From Chara braunii (lineage: Eukaryota; Plantae; Charophyceae): 64,000 bases of DNA. Under the pieces are notes generated by a model, which saw only the letters and a program-made list of their open reading frames with translations, did not search any database and was not told where the DNA came from. The position numbers and the translations under genes are program-made. The DNA lies in the NCBI GenBank assembly GCA_003427395.1, contig BFEA01000030.1, positions 3,647,688 through 3,711,687 on the forward strand. The letters run 5' to 3'. This document shows positions 24,990 through 37,135 of this stretch, in pieces; positions within the stretch are counted from its first letter, which is position 1; every line of letters begins with the position of its first letter.

Positions 24990-27413
24990 TGATCTATGGG
25001 AATAGGAGTTTCACGGTCCATTTCCAAATTGAGTTATTTCCCACAGCGAAAGCTTTTGGGACACGTTCGAAGACTCCTGTTGGGAATCCTTTGATCCTCT
25101 GCTCCCTCGTCACAGTCAGAACTCTCATCGGGATTTCGGATCGGATAGTGGTGTTCCGATTGATCTGATGGAGATAGCTTTTGATTATAGCCGCCTTCTG
25201 TTGCTTACTGCCTCATGATGAATACGACTGCCCATTTTTGAAAGTCAGTTTTTCTTGTTCTCAGACGGTATCCTTATTCTTAACAAGTTGCACACAGCCT
25301 AGGTGTAGTGGACAATTTCGAGTCCTGATCTCACATCCCAAGGAACGGTAAGGTGTCTGTCCAGGTGTCAGTCCTCTTCAAGACCAAGTTATGAGGGTAG
25401 CACCTCTCGAACGTATCCAGAACCTTGTCACGTTGTTGATCAGACAACGCAAATGTCACGAGTGTGATATCATCAATGAGTCTGATCCCGAAAACCCTCT
25501 TGCGGAACACCCCAAGGCTGTTCAGGAACTTGCATTCCGCGTAGGCGCACAGAATACAAGCCAGTGGTGGGCTTGTACTCTTGCCCGTCGGGATGCCAAC
25601 AACCTGTCTCAGGAGCACGCCTGTAGCATACGTATAGGTATGCTTCAACTCCAGTCTTACAAACTTGATCATATCATCCAAATCCAATTGTCTCCAATGG
25701 TCAGCCTCCGCGGTCTTTTCAAAAGAAGCGACTCTACCCCTAGTGTTCACTCGTACAAAAGATTTTCCTTTCCCTCGGTAATGTTCAACGATCCAGGTAA
25801 CAACATCAAGAATATCTTCGTGGGGGAGTCGGCTAAACATCTCCTTGATGTCATGAGAGGCCGACTCCACTCCCGTTGAAGGTTCGTCCGGCAGCTGAAA
25901 CTGTAAGTGGTTCAACGCCTTCGCCACCACCCGACCGGTCTTCACCATCGGCTCCTTGAAGGTGGGACAAATAGGCCGGAAGCAATTTGTATCCTTATGT
26001 TTAGGAAGAACATAAGATACTCCATAGCTCCCCTTCCCATCTCACCGAGCGAACTTACTCAAACCCTCCTCTCGGACTTCCGTCTTGACTCTTGCCAGTA
26101 CTTCGCTCTCCTGCTCCTGAACCACCCTATAGCCAACATTCGTCACAAATGAATCCATCATTGCCCTATGGTACACGAGTGGGCACATTATAAGTGTTTC
26201 ACCGGCGTTTCGATCCAATGGAGTGAGAAGAAAACCCTCGCACTCCCTTTTCACGGTGATGACCTCGTCCAGAGAAATCTTATCCGGCACGTTATAAGTT
26301 ACGCCAAAGCAAGCTTGAAAATCGAAAACGCTAAAATTCGATATAGCTCCTCTCAGATTAAACCAGTTCGAGAAACCAGAGACAATCTCCTGATGCAGCA
26401 AGGATCTACGATTCGGAACATCAGGACGTGGAATGTCATTAACGTTCGACAGTCTTTGGTATTGAATGTCGCCGTCGCACAGTCGGAAGCAGACATGCCC
26501 ATCCACTTTCGGGTGGGATAACCCTGCACAGACGTAGGTAGAAAATTCACGAGCAGCGAAAGCCCGTTGATTATGAAGAGTATGCCCGATCGAAGGGTTC
26601 TTCACACCTTCTTCAGTGCCCGTTCCCGAATGCAGACCGGCATATCACACACCATAATAGCATCATTCACTAACTTCCTTAGTTCCACTAATCTAATATT
26701 GTCATTAAATTTCACACGAATAACGAGATCGGCAGACATACTAAAACCAAACTTGTCACGGACCACTCGAGATATCAACTGCCTGAGATATTTCCTAGTA
26801 AATTTCTTACTGAAATCCTTAATCGCATTATACAGCTTCATAAGAGATTTCAGTCCCCAGGTGTAAAACTCCAGAAATCCTCCTCGGGTTTCTCAGAATA
26901 GCAACCAGGATAGCTTTTAGGACGCTCGCCTTTGGCTTCCACCTCCGCAGATACACGATCTCAAAATTACCCTCATCCTCAAAACGCTTCTTACCGGATT
27001 TCAGCAGAAACGTGGTCTTCCCCTCTCTTATCGTCGATTCCCCAAACCTCTTCCTTAACTTCTTCCATCCACCAACCCACGTATTGCCTCCTTCGGTCTT
27101 AATGGTCAACTATCGTTGACTACTCTGTATCTACGTTGCGCGTGTTTTTCCCCACATACTAATGCTTAGAGAAAGGAGAAACCGCGACATACACTACATT
27201 CTTTAGTACGAGAAAGTCAGTTCAGTGGATATCACACAGATGCCGCCACGAATCAACTAACTTACCGTTCCATTTGATTTCCTTCCTGCAGCTCAGTACA
27301 AGGACACAGAGTCTAAGCAATTCCTCAGCATCACGGTCAATACTCTCCAATTTACCTCGGTATTTCGTCACAAAGTCCACAACCCGCCATATCTCGTATG
27401 ATCCGTAGTTCCA
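24990..27413 (-). pseudogene. PLE ORF2: GIY-YIG endonuclease remnant, reverse transcriptase and thumb, with stops and frameshifts
   Basis: NVVYVAVSPFSKH*YVGKNTR (~27200-27138); LTPLDRNAGETLIM; YVLPKHKD..FRPI; SHDIKEMFSRLPH; RQVVGIPTGKSTSPPLA; IRLIDDI; LPFLG; KAAIIKSYLHQ. Confidence 0.9.
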
Positions 27414-28583
27414 TTAAGCTTCTTTCTCTTCCTCGTCGCCATCGACAGTAGTTGATTCTTCATCAACCAGTTCCGTTGCGCTGGACACGTCGACCGCATC
27501 GATCTCGCTGAAGTGCACCCGAGTACGGTGACTAGCGATATCAAATATCGCATCTATCTTACCGATATAATCCACTCGCTCCTCCTTGCAAATCCCCTGC
27601 AGCTCCAGAGCATCGAGTGTACGCAAATCTTCCATCTGTTGATTGCGATACCATAGCTTCTCACGGTACTCGGCTGCCCTGGGTTCTTCTTAAGCTTCTC
27701 GACATACGGTGAAAGCTTCGTCTTCAGCTTGGCCTTCGAACGAGTGACCCGACCCCGGAGTGGTGGTATTCTTCTTCTTCTGCTCAGATCGCCGCGGGGT
27801 TCACTTGGCAGGGGTGATCATAGGTGGACTATCCTCAAACTCCACCTCGGGTCCCCTCTTCCTTTTCTCATGGATCGTCAACTTCTTGGTTCTTGCTCGG
27901 ATATCCTCGGTTGCGCTTTCGTAGCTCTCATCCCCGGAGTTAGAAGGTATATGCATCTGCTGTTTCACGGGCTTCACCTTCCGGACGAAATCAAGAACTG
28001 GTCCTAAGCTGGCCTCCATGCGGTTAAAAAAGTCGCTCGTCTTGATCGCCAATTGTAGCTCCATCTTCTTGTCGATCTCCGTGGTACGTTGCGCATCCCT
28101 TATCCGCTTCTCGATGCGTTTCTGTTCCTTCTTCTCGCGAGCTTTCTGCTCCGCCTCCAGTCTCTCCGCTTCTTCTTTAGCTTCAATACGTAAGCGCTCC
28201 GCTTCGGCCTTCTTCACTTTCTCGGCCATTACGAACTCCGACACCGCAACTAGGCTCTTGTTTAGTTCCTCGATCTGGCGCCCCAACTCCTCTGGTTCCT
28301 GCGTAGTAGCTTTTCCCTTTGCCTCCCCTTTAACCCTCCTCGGGGATGCCGATCGACCCCGATTCACGTCGTAAGAGGTAGATGCCTTCGCATTAGGAGC
28401 GCACCAGCGGTTTGGGCACTAGTTCACGTAGTGCCCCCGCTCATTGCAACTAAAACATTGAGGCGGAGAACGTCGGTAATGCCGATCTCCCCCTGCGTCA
28501 TCTCTTCAGTCGTAGCCATGCCGGCTCCCTCGGTCCTCGCTACTTGATCTCCTCCCTCGGTCGTAGTCGCGCCGGTCCCCCAT
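27414..28583 (-). pseudogene. PLE ORF1: Gag-like protein with RD-rich N-terminus, CCHC zinc knuckle, coiled coil and SAP-like C-terminus
   Basis: MGDRRDYDR...PQCFSCNERGHYVN*CP (Cx2Cx4Hx4C); EK-rich helix in ORF 27801-28367; LRTLDALELQGICKEERVDYIGKIDAI; premature stops. Confidence 0.85.
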
Positions 28584-28732
28584 CGTCACGTAACAACGCG
28601 GTTTACCAAACGTGTGTCCAAGACGCGGTCCGCACAAAACGCCGTGCAGAAGTAACTAAGTGACAATGAAAGTAGAGTACACGCTCACTCATCTTATTAA
28701 TTTTTTCTCAAGAAAGTTAGTGTGCGCTATCG

Positions 28733-29493
28733 CAGATGGTGATAAGGTACATGGAGAGAAGACATGTAGTCAATGAAAGCTCATAAGAGACAATTCAAAA
28801 ACGAAGATAGTCATCTCAACTTGAAAATTCGAAAAAATTACAACAGTAGTGAGAGAACGGTGTGAGAACGGCGTCCCCGACTTACGTTTCGGCAGCTGCC
28901 AGGCTGCCTCCTCAGGGGGTTTCCACTGCTACTCAACCCGATACTATTCCAGTTCACCACTTTCCCTCTTCCGTAACTATCACCACACGACATTCCAGAT
29001 GTCTTGCAGCTCTAGCTCCGCCAGTCCCATCACAGAGGTCGACTATCCTAGCTATCAGTCCTATTTTGTCGCAAACAAAAACATCAGAGCAGTACATCAA
29101 CAGACAAAAAACGCATTCACCAATCGCCTCCTACTGGTTATCCCAAATCGATACCTATTCGCTCGAAATCACAAAAGGGCACCCTTGCCCCTGAGGCCAC
29201 AAAAGGCCTGGGTCACGAAATCCAAGGCAAAATAGACCGCGCGGTCATCCCGGTATCGCCAAAAAAGCTTGTTAGCTCCAAATTCATACCCGAATACCCG
29301 AGTCAACCGGTCCAATCAGACAAACTCCAGCCTATTCAAGCCTAGGCCTCGTTACCTCAAGAAAAGGCTCACACTCAGCAAACGAAATCGAAATCCTCGA
29401 ATTAATTAAACCCTGTCCGACTATCCAGAGTCCACTCGGCCGAACGAAAACCTCTGGCCTATTCAAACAGAACCCACACACGACTAAAACACC
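28733..29493 (-). repeat. 5' direct repeat (pseudo-LTR) of the PLE
   Basis: Copy of 23984-24732. Confidence 0.95.
28875..28919 (-). ncRNA. Type I minimal hammerhead ribozyme with canonical core
   Basis: Minus strand CCCC-CUGAGGA-GGCAGC-CUGGCA-GCUGCC-GAAAC-GUAA-GUC-GGGG: CUGANGA and GAAA core, 6-bp stem II, GUC triplet. Confidence 0.9.
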
Positions 29494-29978
29494 CAAGCAA
29501 CGGAAAAAACAGTCAAGCAAGGGGGGGAAAAAAAATGTGTTAATGTTGTGAATGAGGGCGAATAAATGATGTTACAACAGTGAGACAGTTACATGTCACG
29601 AGTGAAATACGCCCTGCCTGGCTGACAGGGCACTAGAACGAATTGAGAAAAAAAAAAAAAAAAAAAAAACTGCAATTCGTTTCTCGATGTAGTGGCCGAA
29701 TACATTCCTTAAAGCATTGGTGTAACTTCCAACCTTGTGAGGGTCTTCCTCGGCATCTGTAAAATTGGCTCTTTATTTTTTTTCTGTTTTTTATCGTTTT
29801 TTCTTTTTTATTTCATTGCCCGTCAACCCGGGGCCTAGAGCCCTGTGTTTTCATGAGTAGACTACTAGATAGAGTTTTCGTGTTTGTGAAAGGTAGTGGT
29901 GGTTTAATGAAAACTTTATTTATTTTTATTTTTTTTAATTATTTTTTTTTATTATTTTTAAATTATTATGATAATTTA

Positions 29979-30817
29979 CTAGGCTACAAGAGTGGCTCGG
30001 GATCAGTTGCCCGGCCGGACCAAAAATTAAAAATAAAAATAAATATTTTTAAATTTTATTTTTTATTTCAAATTTTGCGAGGCTACCAGCTGGGCCGCCC
30101 GGGTCCCGTGTGGCCAGCCCGTGCAAGGAGGTCCCAAAAAAAAAAAAAAAAAAAAATCCAAAAACTTCGAAAAAAAACTATGTTATGAAAAAAAATAAAC
30201 TGAACAACTTTTGCCTCAGGGTCACATCGAAATTCTTCACCAAAATTTAAAAAAAAAAAAAAAATTAAAAAAAATATATATATATATATATTTGTTGGGC
30301 CCGGCCGGGCAAGTGACCCCGGGTCACTCTGGTTGTCTTGGCCTCGTAAATTTTTTTATGTTCTTGAACTTTGAACTAACACTCAATCCTGCCACACGCC
30401 ATCTGAGTTATAAACCTCATTAAGCTTTGTTGGTCCTCTCAAATTGTTGTTCAAAAGTTTTCATTTCTTTTCCTTCTTCATTTTGTTAAAATTTACCATC
30501 CATATATCATTCATCATGCGAACACCCTTAGACATCTTTCTATTATTAGCTAGTTTTACCAGTCGGGCCCCCCGAGTCACCCTATTTCCCCGACAGGCCG
30601 ACTGTGCAAGGACATGGGAAGGTCCTAAAAAATATATATATATATACAAAAATACGAAAAAAACTATATTTTACAAAAAAGTAAACTAAACATTTCCCTC
30701 AGGTTCACATTGAAATTTTTTACCACATTTAAAATAAAAAATAAATTTTATTTTTATATTTTTTTATTTGTTTTTGGTCTGGCCCGAGAAGTGGAACCGG
30801 GCCACTCTGGTAGCCTA
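29979..30817. mobile_element. hAT-like MITE with TIR TAGGCTAC.AGAGTGGC
   Basis: TAGGCTACAAGAGTGGCTCGG...CCGGGCCACTCTGGTAGCCTA; no clear TSD. Confidence 0.7.
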
Positions 30818-31066
30818 GATTATTAGTCAGCTTCCTTATAAACTGCGTAGCACACCGAACGTGTTCGGACGTTTGCTGAATGTCCGGACACGTTCGGCCA
30901 TTCGCCCGAACAGGCGCTGAACGCATTCCGCACGAACGAATTCCTGAGGCCGGCAAATGCGTTCGTTCCACGGTCGGTACCGGGGCTGTAGGGTCTGGGG
31001 GCCGTGGAGGGGGGGTGTTCGAGGGGCGGTACCTGGCCTGTAGGGTCTCGCGGCCATAGGGGGGGG

Positions 31067-31351
31067 NNNNNNNNNNNNNNNNNNNNNNNNNNNNNNNNNN
31101 NNNNNNNNNNNNNNNNNNNNNNNNNNNNNNNNNNNNNNNNNNNNNNNNNNNNNNNNNNNNNNNNNNNNNNNNNNNNNNNNNNNNNNNNNNNNNNNNNNNN
31201 NNNNNNNNNNNNNNNNNNNNNNNNNNNNNNNNNNNNNNNNNNNNNNNNNNNNNNNNNNNNNNNNNNNNNNNNNNNNNNNNNNNNNNNNNNNNNNNNNNNN
31301 NNNNNNNNNNNNNNNNNNNNNNNNNNNNNNNNNNNNNNNNNNNNNNNNNNN
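31067..31351. other. Assembly gap (others at 4932-5030 and 9191-9209)
   Basis: Runs of N. Confidence 0.99.
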
Positions 31352-31794
31352 NTCTTCTTCTTCATTTTCTTCGTCTTTTCCTCCTCCTCCTCCTCCTCCT
31401 CCTCCCCCCCTTCTTCTTCGTCTTCTTCTTCTTCTTCTTCTTCTTCTTCTTCTTCTTCTTCTTCTTCTTCTTCTTCTTCTTCTTCTTCGTCTTCTTCTTC
31501 TTCTTCTTCTTCTTCTTCTTCTTTGTCGTCGCCCTCTTCTCCTCCTCCTCCTCCTCCTCCTCCTCCTCCTCCCCTCCTCCTACCTCCCTACCTACCCGGA
31601 TTCCGACTTCCCCTCCGTCATCGACATCCCCTCCTCCTCCCTCTCCTCCTCCTCGTCGTCGTCCTCCTCCTCCTCTTACCTACCCGGATCCCGACTTCCC
31701 CCATCGTCGCCCTCCCCTCCTCCTCCTCTTCTTTTCTTCTTCTTCTTCTTCTTTTTCTTCTACTTGATCACAATCAACCAATCAATCAGCAATT

Positions 31795-31825
<31 letters not shown>

Positions 31826-32134
31826 TAATCAATCAATCAATCAATCAATTAGTTTGTTCAATCAACGAATCGAATCGATTTGTTGATTGAATCGAATCTA
31901 CATTAAGATTTGATTCAATCAAAGAATCGAATCGATTCAAAGATTGAATCGAATCTAGATCAAGATGCGATTCAATCAACGAATCAAATCGATTCGTTGT
32001 TTGAATCGAATCTTGATGTAGATTCGATTCAATCAATGTATCGATTCGATTCATTGATTGAATCGAATCTTGATCTTGATTTGATTCAATCAACGAATCG
32101 ATTCGATTCGTTGATTGAATGGACAGATTGATTA

Positions 32135-32189
<55 letters not shown>

Positions 32190-32800
32190 CGAATTGATTC
32201 GATTCGAAACCCTCCTCGCTCTCCCCTCCTCCTCCTCCTCACCTCCTCCTCCTCCTCCTCCTCCTCCTACCTACCTACCCGGATCCCCGCCTCGTCAACA
32301 CGCTCGTCGCCCAACACTCCTCTTCCGACTTCCCCCCGTCGTCGACCTTCCCTCCTCCTCCCTCTCCTTTTCCTCCTCCTCCTCTTCTTCTTCTTCTTCT
32401 TCTTCTTCTTCTTCTTCTTCTTCTTCTTCTTCTTCTTCTTTTTCTTCTTCTTCTTCTTCTTCTTCTTCTTCTTCTACCCTCCCCACCATATGTATCTCGT
32501 CCTCCTCCTCTTCCCCCGCCATATCTTTTTTTTTTTTTTTTTTTTTTTTTTTCCTTCTTCTTCTTCTTCTTCTTCTTCTTCTTCTTCTTCTTCTTCTTCT
32601 TCTTCTTCTTCTTCTTCTTTTGTCTGTCTATATGTCTGTCTGTCTGTCTGTTTGGTTGTCTGTCCGGCTGTCTATCTGGTTGTCTGTCTGTCTGCCTGTT
32701 CAGTAGCCGCCATGTCAGCAGTCACCACGTCAGCTGCTGTCTGTCTGTCTATCTGTTTGTTTGTCTGTCTGTCCATGTATGAGTGTCTGTCTGTTGTCTA
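31352..32800. repeat. Compound low-complexity block: (TTC)/(CCT) tracts, (AATC)n, 57-bp array, (GATT)n, (TTC)n, (TGTC)n
   Basis: 57-bp period with starts at 31860, 31917, 31974, 32031 and 32088. Confidence 0.9.
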
Positions 32801-33937
32801 GAATGATCTCATTGTTTGCAATAGGACATAGATTGACCCAATCTGTGCATCACATCTCAAATGCTCTCGTTGTTTGCAACTTTGCAATAGGACAAAGACT
32901 GCTTTGATTGTGAATGAGCAGGGCGAGGGTGGGGGTGTGGGGTTGGTTGGATGGTGGGGGGCAGGGAGGGTACGATTTCACCCTGTGCCTGCTGAAGCGG
33001 GGGGGTGCTCGGACGGGGTAGTGGCCGGGTTCCCACAACCCATCTTTCCATCCCGTTTGCTTCCTCTTACATATATTTTAAATTTATATATATTTTTTAA
33101 TTTGTTAATATTGAGCATCGATATATCATCAACCATGCAAACATCCTTAATCTTTTTATTTTTACTAACCAACCTATATAAAGCGGGTAGATTTAAATTT
33201 CAGTTTTAATTTTTTTTTCCAATTATTTTAAAGTCATATGTTGAGTCTATTCTCATGTTTTTGATCACCACTTTTATTGTCAACTGATAAGTCGTATCTC
33301 ATGTTTTTTTTTTTTTTTTTTTTTTTTTTTTGAGAAACATAACATTTTCATTCCAATGAGACCACTGAGGCCCGGGAACACCCCCCTACGTATGAACCCG
33401 GTACAAACCTGCTGAGGCCAATACTCAGCTTTAGGCTCCTGGAAACCGGGTCTAGTGTCCCTTAAAGGAACATCCAAAAATTAAAGAATTCCAAAGCAAA
33501 TCTATGGCAGTATACTATCCTTGCAGCACAGGAAAACGCCGATATGTTTCTAGGGTCAAAACACTATTGGCAAAAAACTACGAGCTATAAACTGCAAATC
33601 TAAAAAATGCAGAAGGCAATTCATGAAAATTTTACAATTTAACTATAAGTTATTTCCAAATGCAAACTAAATTTTTAAATACAATTCAATTCAAAAATTC
33701 AGTCCAAGTGCATACTAAATTTAATCTCAACCAAAATTGAAACTGAGCGTATTTATATTGTCCACATAAAGTAAACGATTAAAAACAACCAAGGGAACAA
33801 CCACATATAAAGAGTCATAGGGACCTCGCCCACATAATATATGAGAAAGGAAGATACAAGTGAAATTCCCTGGTGACACAAAGTCGAGCGTAGCACACTC
33901 CCTACCCCACTCAAGGCATGGGTGACTTTGTGCACGA

Positions 33938-34745
33938 CCACTAGTGAGTCTCCCACTCCCGCTAATGGCTCTGCCACCCATGGGGCTTCAGGGCTTTACG
34001 ACAATCAAATTTCAAAAACTACAAAATATAAAACTAACGAAACAATCTCACTAACTAAGAGTTGGGGAGGAAATAAGCATTAGGGTTACCCTCTCATCCT
34101 CACTATCCAAAACACTGTGAAGAGTCTTTGTTGCCTAGACAGGTTTCCCACCACGCACCTAATGGATACAACTCTAGTTTGCTCTTCACCGGGTCTCTCA
34201 TATCATCCCAACCCTATGAGTATCACTCTAAGCCACGGCACCCATGCCCCAGCGTTTAAGAATATTGAAAATTTGTGAATGGATATATGTTTCTGAAAAC
34301 TTCAACATCAAACACAAATCCCACGTCCTAGCCTCTGCGCGAAACGACTCGCCAAGGACATCAATCACGCGAGGGCGCCTGGTAAACGTTCCACCGCCAC
34401 TAGTGAGTCTCCCCCTCCCACTGATGGCACCTTTACCCATAGGGCTTCAGGGCTTTTACGACAATCAAATTTTTAAAAATCTACAAATTATCAAACTAAA
34501 GGAACAGTCTCAATGACTAAGAGTTGGGAAGGAAAAATAAACATTAGAGTTACCCTCTCATCCTCACTATCCAAAACACTGTAAAGAGTCTTTGTTGCGT
34601 AGACATGTTTCCCACCATGCACCTAATAGTTACAACTCTAGTTTGCTCTTCACCGGGTCTCTCATATCATCCCAATCCTGTGAGTATCACCCTAAGCCAC
34701 TGCATACATACCCTAGTGCTTAAGAATATCGAGAATCTGTGAATC
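33938..34745. repeat. Tandem duplication, period 459 bp
   Basis: CCACTAGTGAGTCTCCC...CTCTAGTTTGCTCTTCACCGGGTCTCTCATATCATCCCAA starting at 33938 and 34397. Confidence 0.92.
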
Positions 34746-35391
34746 TCAATCATACATAAAAACTCAAAACCAACGTGAGCGATAAACGAGAAGACAACCC
34801 GACTAAAATGAACGGTAAAAGGTGCTAGTGATGGGAGAGTACGCAAAGGAGAAGTACGGTTGACGGAAGGGAAAATTAGAGGCCGACGAAAAGCGAGGGA
34901 AGGCGAGGGAGAAGCGACGGAAAACTAAGCGACACCACTCCAGCTATTATAGAACTCAAAGACAATAAGGTCATGAGCGGATTAGGAAACGCTCGGTCAA
35001 ACGGGAAGCAACCCAGAAGAAGAATTGAGCATGTACGGGGTATGCAAAGCAGCATCAGGCGTCATGCTAGTATAAGAGATATCGGGGGGAAATGAGTGGA
35101 GAAAGCAACGAAGGAACAGAGGATCGCTTTACCCACATAGGCGGCCAGGCGTAAAATTATGATGGAAAGATAAAAAAAAGGAGCACAAACTGTCCATGAT
35201 GGTTGTCAAAGTCAAACCCCTTGACCTGTCCGAAGATCTCCGAAGATGAAGCCTTGTTGCGAGAGTCAGAGGCATTTAGCCGCCACAAAGGGCCGAAGTC
35301 TGTGTACCACTCCTTTCAACGATGTGCAGAAGAAGGTCGGGCCCGCGCTTTCACGAGTGTCATGAGATTAACCCCTCAAAGTGCATGTTAA

Positions 35392-36645
<1,254 letters not shown>

Positions 36646-36929
36646 TTAACCGACACTTGAGTGTCGAAAAGGATCCCTAAAATCATTGAGGACCTCGTGG
36701 TCATGGGTACCACATAGTACGTCATGATTGCGACTGCTTGCGTATGCTTGTATGACTAGTCGATATGATACATTTACGTCGCTGTGCCATTTATCTAATA
36801 ATCTCACGCACTACCCCTGCATATATTGTCATCAAAGGGTTATAGGTCGAAAGTGGACAAGGGACTAGGCGTGATTTACGAATGAAGCTTGAATTTTATT
36901 TTAAGGATGTGTATTGCGTGGTTAGATTG

Positions 36930-37135
36930 ATCGTCCTGGTCGACCAACGTAAGATCACGTTAGAAAGATCAACGATTCGTACGTGGTTCGGTAGCTCGGC
37001 GACGATACTCCACCTAAGGGATGGTGATAGCTCCCACGGGTGGAGGTAAGTTGAACCTCGCGTGACCCTATCCTGTTGTAGGGGTTCGCGAGAGGTATGG
37101 TTGACGCACTCGGCCAGAGTGGCAACGCTTCCAGC
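36930..37135 (+). repeat. Dispersed repeat module, also at 51290-51435 (-), 59730-59945 and 60379-60530
   Basis: GTAGCTCGG...CTAAGGGATGGTGA...AGGTAAGTT..ACCTC.CGTGAC.CTATC...GAGAGGTATG shared. Confidence 0.8.

Larger units (their letters stand above)
23984..29493 (-). mobile_element. Penelope-like retroelement with N-terminal GIY-YIG (Chlamys-type), Gag-like ORF1 and pseudo-LTRs; inactivated
   Basis: Direct repeats, PLE-type RT motifs, GIY-YIG motif upstream of RT, hammerheads in both repeats. Confidence 0.9.

Noticed and set aside
25200-27230. In-frame TGA codons in ORF2 as selenocysteine
   Set aside because: TAG stops and frameshifts are also present, and the TGAs fit TGG/CGA decay
23984-29493. 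LTR retrotransposon or DIRS interpretation of the direct-repeat element
   Set aside because: No TG...CA ends, protease, RNase H, integrase or tyrosine recombinase seen; RT motifs, GIY-YIG and hammerheads indicate a PLE
31004-32801. Long Ser/Phe/Leu/Pro- or Lys-rich ORFs (also 7719-8462 and 35381-36038)
   Set aside because: Products of microsatellites, homopolymers and N gaps
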